DNA of 32,000 nt from Haloquadratum walsbyi C23 (GTDB lineage Archaea; Halobacteriota; Halobacteria; Halobacteriales; Haloferacaceae): positions 510,001 through 542,000 of the forward strand of contig NC_017459.1 in NCBI RefSeq assembly GCF_000237865.1, written 5' to 3'. How positions within the stretch are numbered: position 1 is the first letter of the stretch; every line of letters starts with the position of its first letter. The position numbers and the translations under genes are program-made. Below are positions 1 through 9,432 of this stretch, one piece after another. The notes beneath the pieces were generated by a model. It did no database searches, was not told the origin of the DNA, and saw nothing but the letters and a program-made list of their open reading frames with translations.

Positions 1-142
1 CCTGTGCAAACTCACCCGTTCCGGTCCCGACATCAAGAATGCGAGTTCTATCCTCAAGTGAGAGTGGTGTCAGTGCTGCACGCGAATCAGCCCATAATCC
101 GCGGCGAGTGTATGTAAGGTATTCAGATGAAAACTCTCGCAC
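1..142 (-). CDS. SAM-dependent methyltransferase, N-terminal part (gene continues beyond the left edge)
   Basis: The minus-strand frame reads VREFSSEYLTYTRRGLWADSRAALTPLSLEDRTRILDVGTGTGEFAQ. ILDVGTGTGEFA is a classic class-I methyltransferase motif I (LDxGxGxG). The start is tentatively the GTG at 142, just after the nfo stop. A TTG further upstream is possible. Confidence 0.55.
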   Translation of the reverse strand, partial: MREFSSEYLTYTRRGLWADSRAALTPLSLEDRTRILDVGTGTGEFAQ

Positions 143-149
143 GAGCTGA

Positions 150-986
150 TTAGGCGGGATTCTCCGCAAGATTCCGAACTCGGTCAATATTCCATGCAAA
201 TCCTTTGCCATTCTCATTTGGGGTCTCTAATACGAGTGGAATCGGATCAATTGCGGAGTGATTAATGAATGCCTCCATCCCAGACTCACCAATTTTACCT
301 TCGCCAATATGTGCGTGTTCATCCTTGTTTGTCCCACAGGCGTGTTTCGAATCATTCAGATGGACACATGCAAGATTATCCACTCCCACGGTTGTGTCGA
401 ATTCTTTGATTGTTGTATTGACAGCAGCTGGGCTTGAAAGGTCATATCCAGCCGCAAAAACGTGTGCAGTGTCAAGACAGACCTCAAGTTCATGAGTGCT
501 TTCTTCAAGCACGTATGCAAGGTGGTCAAATTTATTACCAAGTTTTGTTCCCGAGCCGGCATCAGACTCGAGTAAGACTGTCACACTATCTGGAATCGTA
601 AGTTCATCAAGTGCAGAGATTGCATTATCAAGCCCTTGTTGTTCGCCTGCTCCAGTATGTGCGCCAAGATGAACATTTACGTATGGAATCGATAATTGCG
701 CTGCAGCATCAACCTCCTGTTGCATCGAATCAATTGACTTTGCTCGAAGGTCATCTTTCGGCGTACAGAGATTCACAAGATACGATGAGTGAATAACCCA
801 TGGACCGATGTCATGCATCTGAGAGCGGTCACGAAATGCTTCTGCGTCTGTGTCATCAATCGATGGGTCCTGCCAGACTTGCGGAGAATGAGTAAATATT
901 TGTCCACAATTACCACCGTTCTCAAGTTGTCTATCAACGGCATTCGCGACCCCACCAGCAATGGATTCATGTGCACCAACGAGCAT
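150..986 (-). CDS. nfo: Endonuclease IV (AP endonuclease family 2)
   Basis: The 278-aa ORF carries the ordered Nfo metal-ligand signatures [45 protein letters not shown] and HLNDSK...DEHAHIGEG. Confidence 0.9.
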   Translation of the reverse strand: MLVGAHESIAGGVANAVDRQLENGGNCGQIFTHSPQVWQDPSIDDTDAEAFRDRSQMHDIGPWVIHSSYLVNLCTPKDDLRAKSIDSMQQEVDAAAQLSIPYVNVHLGAHTGAGEQQGLDNAISALDELTIPDSVTVLLESDAGSGTKLGNKFDHLAYVLEESTHELEVCLDTAHVFAAGYDLSSPAAVNTTIKEFDTTVGVDNLACVHLNDSKHACGTNKDEHAHIGEGKIGESGMEAFINHSAIDPIPLVLETPNENGKGFAWNIDRVRNLAENPA

Positions 987-1131
987 ACAGCTAATATTAT
1001 CTAGGCTAGTAAAGCCACTTCGAAGTCAGCTATGACCTCATAATTGAGTATATTGACTCGCATCTCCGAGGCTATCATTCAAGCCCGATTCTTGTCTATC
1101 CCTTTAGAAACAAATCTGCAAATGACAGAGA

Positions 1132-2493
1132 TCATTCGACCCACAGCGTCTTTCGATTGGTGAACTCTGTAATCCCCGCCTCGGCAAGTTCACGACCGTA
1201 TCCGGACTTCCCAATCCCACCAAATGGGACACGTGGATCAGACTTCACAAGCTGATTAATATAGACGCATCCAGCATCAATACGCTGACCAACCGCCTGT
1301 CCGCGGTCTCTATCAGCCGTCCAAACACTTGCACCGAGACCAAATTCGGTATCATTCGCTGTCGTAATCGCTTCGTTTTCATCTTTAACCTCAAATACTG
1401 CAGCAACAGGACCGAATAGCTCTTCATTTGCGGCTGGAGATGGTACTGGAATGTCAGTGAGAATTGTTGGTGGATAATACGACCCTTCACGATCAAGTGG
1501 CTCACCACCAATCTCGAGTGTTGCCCCTGCTTCGACAGAGCGCTCGACTTGTGAATGGAGATTCGCACACAGATCATTTCGAGCCTGTGGACCGACATCT
1601 GTGGTCTCATCGAGTGGGTCACCAATTGTGTACGATATCATCTCATCACGCAGTCGGTCGAGAAACACATCATAGATATCTGAATGAACAATAAATCGCT
1701 TTGCGGCAATACATGATTGTCCGTTATTAAGTGTGCGAGCCCATGCACCTGCCTCAACTGCAGCAGTAATGTCTGCATCATCAAGCACAATGAATGGGTC
1801 ACTTCCCCCGAGTTCAAGAACAGTCTTTTTAAGATTCTCACCGGCTGTTGATGCAACAGCACGTCCAGCCGGACCACTACCAGTGAGAGTCACCGCTCGG
1901 ATGCGGTCGTCTGTAATAACATCACTGACTTGATCTACCTCGATAAGAAGTGTTTCGAAGGCACCATCGGGGTATCCGGCATCATCAAACACCTCAGCAA
2001 TTGCCTCTGCGCAGCCGGGGACATTCTCAGCATGTTTTAAAATCCCGACATTACCAGCGGTCAGATACGGTGCTGCAAACCGAAACACCTGCCAGAAAGG
2101 AAAATTCCAGGGCATAACTGCGAGAACAGGACCAAGTGGTTCATAGACAGTTTGCACGGAACTACCAGGTGGGCTTGGATGACCATCTGGTTGCAGATGT
2201 GCACTCGCGTGGGTTGCGTAGTACTCACACACCCGTGCGCATTTTTCAATTTCAGCGCGAGCCTGTGTGATTGGCTTGCCCATTTCTGTCGTCATCAATT
2301 GTGCGTACTCTTCGATACGATTTTCAAGAATATCACCCGCAGCCGCAAGAAGCTGCTCACGCTCACGAACTGATCGATTGCGCCATGTCTGAAATGTTGT
2401 TTGTGCCCGACTCAACGTTGCTTCGACATCATCGCTCGTGTCAGGCTCATACCGATCGATTTGTTCGTTTGTTGCAGGATTAATCACATCCAT
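1132..2493 (-). CDS. NAD(P)-dependent aldehyde dehydrogenase, succinate-semialdehyde dehydrogenase-like
   Basis: ALDH superfamily motifs are present: PWNFPFWQV, TLTGSGPAGRAV, ELGGSDPFIV (catalytic Glu), NNGQSCIAAKRF (catalytic Cys) and EELFGPV. The ORF track opens at TTG 2544. The ATG at 2493 (MDVINPATNEQI) fits ALDH N-termini better. Confidence 0.88.
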   Translation of the reverse strand: MDVINPATNEQIDRYEPDTSDDVEATLSRAQTTFQTWRNRSVREREQLLAAAGDILENRIEEYAQLMTTEMGKPITQARAEIEKCARVCEYYATHASAHLQPDGHPSPPGSSVQTVYEPLGPVLAVMPWNFPFWQVFRFAAPYLTAGNVGILKHAENVPGCAEAIAEVFDDAGYPDGAFETLLIEVDQVSDVITDDRIRAVTLTGSGPAGRAVASTAGENLKKTVLELGGSDPFIVLDDADITAAVEAGAWARTLNNGQSCIAAKRFIVHSDIYDVFLDRLRDEMISYTIGDPLDETTDVGPQARNDLCANLHSQVERSVEAGATLEIGGEPLDREGSYYPPTILTDIPVPSPAANEELFGPVAAVFEVKDENEAITTANDTEFGLGASVWTADRDRGQAVGQRIDAGCVYINQLVKSDPRVPFGGIGKSGYGRELAEAGITEFTNRKTLWVE

Positions 2494-3217
2494 GTATATG
2501 CGATGGTATGCCACGGTCATATACGCCAGGGCGACCATGTGCAACAGATCGGTTGAGAGATATCAATCGATGTGTCACGTTCTTTAAAATAGCTTCTCAC
2601 ACTCACCGGTAATGATCAAAACACATGAGATCCTCCTCGATCTGGATGATAGGATTCTTTGGCTTTGACATCCTCCTCCGCGTGTGGTGCTCCTGAAAAC
2701 TTATTGAGGAATTCAATTCAAAATCTTGTCATAGAGTAGCTGCTGATAGTGTTGCGTAGGACCGATGGTTCAGAATGTTTCATGGAGTACTAAAAGCCGT
2801 GGTATTGCGCCTGCTCAGCATATAATAGATACCCATCCTACCCTATGTAGGATGCAGACTTGCATACCGAATGGCGCATACGATAGTTGATTGCTGATCG
2901 AGGACAGGAATACCCTCGATTGATGATAATATAATTTCGCGTGATTATTGTCATCCCAGTCATAATTCTATTGATTGTATTCTGTAAAAAACTAAGAAAA
3001 ATTGTCGAGACGTGATTGCCAAGCTCAATCCATACGATCTTATATTACGTCCTACAATAAAAATCTCAAAGTACCGATAACAGCGTGACATGCACGGGTT
3101 ATCTGCGGTTGATTGCCGGTTGGAGAGCCACGTGAACTACCCTGCCCTACCGCGCTCGGGGCTCCCCGCCCCTCGCTTGGTGAGGACAGGGCTTCCTGTT
3201 TCTGGAGTCATCCGTTA

Positions 3218-4678
3218 ATGTATCTATTCGTGTCATTAACGCAGATCTCCGGTATCGGCATCGAGTTTTTTACCCTCCGTTTAATTATTATCCTACTATT
3301 CACCGGCGCCGAGGTCAACTTAGATAATCGACTGACACCTAAACAGGACCATATTATTATTACTATTTGTGAGTACCGACGAGACTCTACCGTCCTTCTC
3401 GGCGAACTCGAAGAGCTCGGGATTGAATATATCCTGATTGCATCTGGTGAAGAAAATGCTAAAGATTTTTCTGATGCTGGATACTCGGTCATTCACGGCT
3501 CTCCGCAGGATAGGAGAGCATTCGAGCGGGCTAGTATCGACGCCGCGCGAGCGGTCATAACGGATGCTGAAGATGCGAACGTCAACACCATCCTGACCGT
3601 TCAGTCGATCACCACAGATATTGGCATCATCACCCTTACCGACGATAGCGGCATGCGGAGCGTTCTGCTTGATGCAGGCGCAGATACTGTGTTGTCCCCC
3701 CACGGGGTGCTTGGGCGTCGACTTGCCGAGAAGGCGGTCTCCTCGTTCAGTTCGGAGCTGACAGATACGATCGAATTGGGGAGCGAAATGGAAATTACGG
3801 AGATCCCGATTCAGCCGGGGAATCAATTGGTTGGCGCGCGAGTCCGTAACTCAGGGATTAGAGAGCAGACGGGTGCCAATATCATCGGCGCGTGGATCGA
3901 CGGCGAGTTGCAACTCCCGCCCAATCCGGATGCGGTTATTCGATCGAACACAGTGTTACTCCTCTCAGGCGCCCACGACGAATTAGAGGCGTTCGATGAC
4001 TTCACGCAGTCATACCCATACCGCACGCTTCGGCGACACGAGCGTGTCATCATCGCCGGTCAGGGCGAGGTTGGGCAAGCCGCTCGGGAGATCGTCGTCA
4101 AAGAGGGTCTTGATGTCACGACAATCGATGTTGAGGATCATGACAGTGTCGACATCGTCGGTGATGCAAGTTCTAATAAAAACTTGCAGGCAGCCGAAAT
4201 CGAGACTGCGGGTGCAATCATCGTCGGCCTTCCGGATGACTCCGCATCGCTTCTGACAACGGTGCTGGCACGCTCGTTGAATTCAGATATAGAGATACTC
4301 ACACGCGTAAGTGATATCGATGCGACACAAAAGGCACTGAGCGCCGGCGCGGATTACGTTCTCCCAGTTCCTCGAGTGAGCGCCCGAATGGTGGTCAGCG
4401 AACTCCGCGGTGAAGATATCCTCGCCCCCGCGAGCCAGATTCGACTCCTCCGCGTGCCAGCAGATCCTCTGGTCGGATCGACACTCGCGGAATCGAGCAT
4501 CTATGAAGAGGCAGGCTATCGCATCATTGCCGTCGAAGACGATTCCGGATTGACCAGCACGGTTGACCCCCAGAGACGGTTCACGGGCGACGAGCGAATC
4601 GTGCTTGTAGGATCTCGCGAGGCAATCCAGGAGTTCAGAAAACAGTTCAATGTCTCAATGATCGAGCCAGAGGCTTGA
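3218..4678 (+). CDS. Tandem RCK (TrkA-N/TrkA-C x2) protein, probably the remnant of an MthK-like K+ channel lacking its first TM helix
   Basis: There are two TrkA-N plus TrkA-C units. The second has an intact Rossmann motif (IIAGQGEVGQAA). The first reads IIITICEYRRDS where GxGxxG is expected. The N-terminus LMYLFVSLTQISGIGIEFFTLRLIIILLFTG resembles a pore helix, a degenerate filter and an inner helix. The ORF track start at TTG 3113 runs through a GC-rich non-protein-like block. ATG 3218 is the first plausible start, and the true start or pseudogene status is uncertain. Confidence 0.7.
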   Translation: MYLFVSLTQISGIGIEFFTLRLIIILLFTGAEVNLDNRLTPKQDHIIITICEYRRDSTVLLGELEELGIEYILIASGEENAKDFSDAGYSVIHGSPQDRRAFERASIDAARAVITDAEDANVNTILTVQSITTDIGIITLTDDSGMRSVLLDAGADTVLSPHGVLGRRLAEKAVSSFSSELTDTIELGSEMEITEIPIQPGNQLVGARVRNSGIREQTGANIIGAWIDGELQLPPNPDAVIRSNTVLLLSGAHDELEAFDDFTQSYPYRTLRRHERVIIAGQGEVGQAAREIVVKEGLDVTTIDVEDHDSVDIVGDASSNKNLQAAEIETAGAIIVGLPDDSASLLTTVLARSLNSDIEILTRVSDIDATQKALSAGADYVLPVPRVSARMVVSELRGEDILAPASQIRLLRVPADPLVGSTLAESSIYEEAGYRIIAVEDDSGLTSTVDPQRRFTGDERIVLVGSREAIQEFRKQFNVSMIEPEA

Positions 4679-5447
4679 GTATTCGTCAGAAACGAAGTGT
4701 AATAAATGCGACTCCTTCCAGCTAACTGGTGTACTGCACAAGCAGCAAACCGAGTACACTCATCGTCACCACATATCCGAGCGTGAACGCGTAGATTGTC
4801 TGTGTCTGCTTTGCGAATAACGACGCCGGTATGGATCTCGGTTGATGAGGGCAAAGAGCGTCCACAGGCGTTTATTACGAACCTGGATATCGACGACGAG
4901 ATCGGGCGAGATCGGGACCAATTGACCTGGTGAAATTGAGATGACCTACAGGAAAATCAAGGAGCTCGCTGTCTGGACCACTTCAAGATCGTTCAGCGTT
5001 CGCCTGTTTCACTCCAGGTTCGCATTCTTGCTGTACGACACGTAAGTGCTGGTGAATTTCCTCGTACAAGTCTTAGTTGAGACCGTCGAGCACTGGGTGG
5101 AATCATAGATTATAGCAGGTCGATCCAGAGTGTTACTCAGTCAGCACCTCAGGACACTCATATAATCCCGGCAGACGAACAGCGCGCGGTCAAAGGCTTC
5201 ATCCTGGATCGATGACATTTTTTCCTGCGTTGGCAGTGGCTCCGATTCACTCAATGGATCAGATAGCTTCCGTTGGTCTCTGAGACTCGTTCAGGTCTGG
5301 AGGTACACACTAAGCCGGGAGACTCGTGCACAGAATCGAAATCACTCGCAACTGCACAGTTATTAATTTGATATAGCGATATACAGTATATAAATTTTGA
5401 ACAGTCGAACTCACGATATTTTTAGGCGTTGCTGTCATCAAATAATT

Positions 5448-6365
5448 ATGGTGCGGAATGTCGCTGGCGTGATGACCGAATTAGAGCCTGAAGATTTCTA
5501 CTTGCTCTCAGGTGTCGAGCAGGGAATGCGGTTCTCTGAGTGGGTTAATCGCGGGAAGTTGCCACAGTTGTCAGGACTCTCACCCGAGGAGGTTGGTTAC
5601 CGTCTTGATCGATGTGCAACCCGGGAATTAATCGAGCGGAAAACAATTCAATATGAGGGATATACACTCAAAGCTGAGGGATATGATGCTCTTGCTCTCC
5701 GCACATTCAGTAAGCGTGAGACAGTTGATGGGGTTGGTGCACCACTTGGAGTTGGAAAAGAGAGCGATGTGCTGGAAGTAAAATCCTACAAACCACTTGC
5801 TTTAAAATTCCACAGAGAGGGATACACAAATTTTCGTGAGGTGATGCGCGAGCGCGATTATACAGCTGATAATGATCACGTTTCATGGCTTTACACTGCT
5901 CGAAAGGCAGCTGAACGTGAGTATGAGGTTCTCGAAGCGCTATATCCTGACGTCTCAGTCCCACGACCGATTGATCAGAATCGCCATGCTATTGTGATGG
6001 ATAAATTTGAATCTGTTGAGCTTAACCGCGCACAATTACCACAACAGCAGGCTGTTGGCGTTCTTGAGTTAATCCTCAGAGAAATGCAGTGTGCATATGA
6101 GAATGGGTACGTACATGCTGATATGAGTGAATACAATGTCGCGGTGAGTGAAGACGGAGTGACTGTCTTTGACTGGCCACAGGCAGTTTCAACAGATCAT
6201 GAAAACGCTCATGAACGTCTTTGTCGTGATATCTCAAATCTATTAACATATTTCGAACGAAAATATCCAAACTCAACCGATAAGATTGATGCTGAATCAG
6301 ATACTGTCCGTATTGCTAACTCAATCGCTGCAGGGCAGTTTGAGTCGGTTGATGCAATCCCATAA
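5448..6365 (+). CDS. rio2: RIO-type serine/threonine protein kinase Rio2
   Basis: An N-terminal winged helix (FYLLSGVEQGMRFSEWV) is followed by a RIO kinase core (LGVGKESDV, LKFHREG, VHADMSEYNV, VFDWPQ). The ORF opens at TTG 5397. ATG 5448 or 5472 is more plausible. Confidence 0.85.
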   Translation: MVRNVAGVMTELEPEDFYLLSGVEQGMRFSEWVNRGKLPQLSGLSPEEVGYRLDRCATRELIERKTIQYEGYTLKAEGYDALALRTFSKRETVDGVGAPLGVGKESDVLEVKSYKPLALKFHREGYTNFREVMRERDYTADNDHVSWLYTARKAAEREYEVLEALYPDVSVPRPIDQNRHAIVMDKFESVELNRAQLPQQQAVGVLELILREMQCAYENGYVHADMSEYNVAVSEDGVTVFDWPQAVSTDHENAHERLCRDISNLLTYFERKYPNSTDKIDAESDTVRIANSIAAGQFESVDAIP

Positions 6366-6439
6366 TTATCCAAAATTATGCTTATCGGTTGGTATTAAAG
6401 AGCCACTACCGAGAATTAAGCAGAACGCTCTTATGAAGT

Positions 6440-7000
6440 ACATTGTTGGTGGCGAGCAGTCGGGCGATTTTTTGTATTTCTCTACGGCGCCTGAGCTTCC
6501 CAGAACGAGAGTGAGACAGGGTGAAAGAACCGATCTACCGAATTTACTCAGTTCGGAGAGTCATCACCAACAATCTGCTTCACAAGAGCGAAGCAGAAAG
6601 CCCCGTGCGTCAGCGCGGAGTGACTTCGACAAGCAAGACGCCATTTAGGGGTTTTATATTACCAGACACGACGTGGTACGCGCAGTAAATAAAAACTGGA
6701 GTTGGACTTGGGGGTCTCAATGCAAAAAACTAATTCTGCATCGAGTTTTCTCCCTACTCACCGTGGTTGGACCGGATCGATGGCACGGTCTGTGAGGTGC
6801 AAGCGGATACTCTATCGCGAACACACCACGATCCATCTAGAATCCGGACGCACTGCTCACAGACTACAGCTGAGATTCCAGTGTTCTCGGTCAGGGTGCC
6901 TTCGGGGACACAGAACCGGCGTACTGTCCCGTGAAGAATTCTTGGAAAGGATATTAATAGTACAGATGAAATTCAGTGATTAAGACTGATCTGATTAATG
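6440..7000 (-). pseudogene. Decayed IS200/IS605-family (IS1341-like) tnpB remnant, 3' half
   Basis: A minus-strand frame reads ...GISAVVCEQCVRILDGSWCVRDRVSACTSQTVPSIRSNHGE* (TSQT encoded at 6787-6801). This resembles the TnpB segment ...V.P.YTSQTC..CGH....NR. After frame breaks comes CAYHVVSGNIKPL (~6657-6684), resembling the RuvC-III motif ADxNAAxNI. Further downstream ...VEVTPR* overlaps a GC hairpin (6601-6616 inside a CGAAG/CUUCG clamp), analogous to the 14.85-kb hairpin. There are multiple stops and no intact ORF. Boundaries are approximate. Confidence 0.4.
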
Positions 7001-7413
7001 CATATGGTCTGAAGACCAGTTTGTGGCTATGAATGGTTCTCCTGTCATATGTTCGTTATCAAACTTCTACCAACAGACGACCGGAGGGCTGCTTATCTCA
7101 CGGAAAACCATGATATTGAACTCAAATCAAAGCCATGACTGGGCGTGGTGATTCCGGTCCAACTGTGGCAGATCTGCTATCCACCCTAAGTAAGCTGATC
7201 AGCCGTTGGAAGCTAATCCTACTACCGTCTCAACTTCGAATGAGATTCTATCAATAAACTGTATATTGCGATATCAAAATCTATTCGATCATCAGTGACG
7301 CCGAGCACATCACAAATCATTATTCTTTTATTGAATCTACGTCATTCCTGTGTCTTATTTAAAATCGAAGCCAAGACGCTTTGCCCAAGAAGTGACCGTA
7401 TGGAGTGTATGCG

Positions 7414-8466
7414 TCACTCGCGCGCAAAGAGGTGAACCGCAGTTGATGAAAATGTAATCTCGACTGTCTCATCTGGAATAAGTGATAATTGATGTGTCAT
7501 CGGTGGATGGACAGTCGCTGTTAGCGCAATATCTGCCGTCTGGACAGCAATAGTTACTCGAGTCATCGATCCTTCAGTTAATTGCTGGACAACTGTCCCT
7601 GTAAACGAATGAGACGGATCTGTGAGATCACTCATCGATTGTGAACCGACTTGTATACGAGCAGGGTGAATAGAGGCAGTAACGCAATCATCGCCTGTCC
7701 AGTTGACTGTGGTCTGAACTGTCTGTTCGCCAATGCGGATAATGGCACCGTGCTCATTATGACCAGTTACAGTGGCAGTAAAGAGATTTTCATTCCCGGT
7801 AAAGCGAGCGACAAACGCACTGTTCGGAGCATTTCGAATCATTTGTGGGGTCCCAATCTGTTTAATCATCCCCGCTTGGACGATTGCAAGGCGGTCACCG
7901 AGTGCAGTGGCTGTTTGTTGATCATGGGTGACATATATAACCGGAATATCGAGCGTCTGGAATAATGCCCGGAGGTCACCTCGAAGTCGGCGACGAATCG
8001 GCGTATCAAGACTTGAAAGTGGTTCATCAAGCAGCAATGCACTTGGATCAGCAGCGAGTGTTCGAGCAAGCGCGACACGCTGGCGCTCACCACCCGATAA
8101 CGCTGCTGGCTTCCGGTCAAGAATTTGTGCAATATCTAACAGCGTGGTGTATTTGTCAATATGCTCAGGAGTAGTTGCTGCATAAGCAATATTTTCATAT
8201 GCTGTCATATGTGGAAACAATGCCCCATCTTGGAACACAACGCCAATATCTCGTTGCTCAATCGGACAATCAATCAGTGACCGTTCATTAAGATATATCG
8301 AGCCAGTGTCTGGTTGGACAATTCCGGCCACTGATGAGAGGATGGTTGTCTTTCCACTCCCAGATGGACCAAGCACTGCAAGAACTTCATTATCGACCAC
8401 GAGTGAGAGCGGTCCAAGTGTAAAATCCTCATATGTCGTTGTGATATCGGTGAGTGTAAGAGTCAT
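7414..8466 (-). CDS. wtpC: Tungstate/molybdate-type ABC transporter ATP-binding protein with C-terminal TOBE-like domain
   Basis: Walker A GPSGSGKTT, signature LSGGERQRVALAR, Walker B LLLDEPLSSLD and H-loop VTHDQ are present, with a ~110-aa C-terminal extension. It overlaps the upstream permease gene by 4 nt. Confidence 0.85.
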   Translation of the reverse strand: MTLTLTDITTTYEDFTLGPLSLVVDNEVLAVLGPSGSGKTTILSSVAGIVQPDTGSIYLNERSLIDCPIEQRDIGVVFQDGALFPHMTAYENIAYAATTPEHIDKYTTLLDIAQILDRKPAALSGGERQRVALARTLAADPSALLLDEPLSSLDTPIRRRLRGDLRALFQTLDIPVIYVTHDQQTATALGDRLAIVQAGMIKQIGTPQMIRNAPNSAFVARFTGNENLFTATVTGHNEHGAIIRIGEQTVQTTVNWTGDDCVTASIHPARIQVGSQSMSDLTDPSHSFTGTVVQQLTEGSMTRVTIAVQTADIALTATVHPPMTHQLSLIPDETVEITFSSTAVHLFARE

Positions 8467-9278
8467 GTCCAGGGATTGTGCGCAATGGTATGCAAAACAA
8501 TGAGTGAAATTAGCGCAACAGCAAGAAGAATAATCGCAACCGGATATGCCCGCTCAACTCCAGCGGAGACAAATGAGACCCATATCTGAACGGGCATAGT
8601 CCGCGGATAATATGCAAGCATCATTGTCGCACCGAACTCGCCCATTGCCCGAGCAAACGCGAGTGTGACGCCAGCCAGAATACCTGGACCCGCCAGTGGA
8701 AGGGTTATTTTACGGGTTGTCTGGAGACGACTCTCACCAAGTGCGCGGGATGCATGTTCAAGCGTCTCATCAACCCGTTCAATAGCTGCCTTCGCCGTAA
8801 CAACCACAAATGGTGAAGCGACAAACGTCTGTGCAAGTACAACACCAGCAAGTGATCGGGTCAGGCTAATCCCACTAACACTTGCGACGTCTCCAAGTAG
8901 TGTTGTTGGACCGATAACAGTCAATAATACAACGCCACTAACCGTCGGCGGAAGAACAAGTGGTAGAACAACGAACCCAAGAGTCACTTGCTGCCATATC
9001 GTCTTTCTGCGCGCGAGCCAATACGCTAAGGGGAGACCAAGTACAGTCGCAAGGAATGTACTGAGTGATGCACCGAATACGGATGTCACTATTGCCCGCT
9101 GAACTGCTGGGTTCGCCAGTTCAGCAAAAATTGTGGTCGGTTGAACCGAAAGAAGTAATGAAACAAGTGGAATCGAATAATAAAGTAATAAGACACCGCC
9201 AAGACTGAGCGCGATACTCAACCAATCACGTTGTAATGAACTCAGTTTGGAAGTAGTATTTGTCTGAGATGGAGGCAT
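8463..9278 (-). CDS. wtpB: ABC transporter permease (ModB/WtpB-like)
   Basis: The 271-aa ORF is multi-TM and hydrophobic. It has an EAA-type loop (ALGESRLQTTRKITLPLAGPG). It sits in an operon between the receptor and ATPase genes. Confidence 0.8.
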   Translation of the reverse strand: MPPSQTNTTSKLSSLQRDWLSIALSLGGVLLLYYSIPLVSLLLSVQPTTIFAELANPAVQRAIVTSVFGASLSTFLATVLGLPLAYWLARRKTIWQQVTLGFVVLPLVLPPTVSGVVLLTVIGPTTLLGDVASVSGISLTRSLAGVVLAQTFVASPFVVVTAKAAIERVDETLEHASRALGESRLQTTRKITLPLAGPGILAGVTLAFARAMGEFGATMMLAYYPRTMPVQIWVSFVSAGVERAYPVAIILLAVALISLIVLHTIAHNPWT

Positions 9279-9432
9279 AGTTGTGAAATAATATATCAGA
9301 TAGATGTAGTTACTGAGAGTTTTCTTCTTTTCATGTTGGTAGACAATAATAAGAAGACGTGATTGCTACTTGAATCCATATATAAATCTTGAAGTCGGAC
9401 AGATATGCTCTTAGAGCGATTGGTTATTCATT

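Noticed and set aside
3113-3217. TTG-initiated 35-codon N-terminal extension of the RCK ORF (MPVGEPRELPCPTALGAPRPSLGEDRASCFWSHPL).
   Set aside because: It is Pro/Arg/Gly/Cys-rich and non-acidic. It coincides with a GC-rich palindromic block and does not form the missing channel M1 helix, so it was treated as non-coding read-through of the open frame.
6286-6983. Plus-strand ORFs 6286-6648 (120 aa) and 6702-6983 (93 aa) in the rio2-wtpC gap.
   Set aside because: They have basic, Arg/Ser-rich low-complexity translations. The first begins inside the 3' end of rio2. The opposite strand carries TnpB-like motif remnants.
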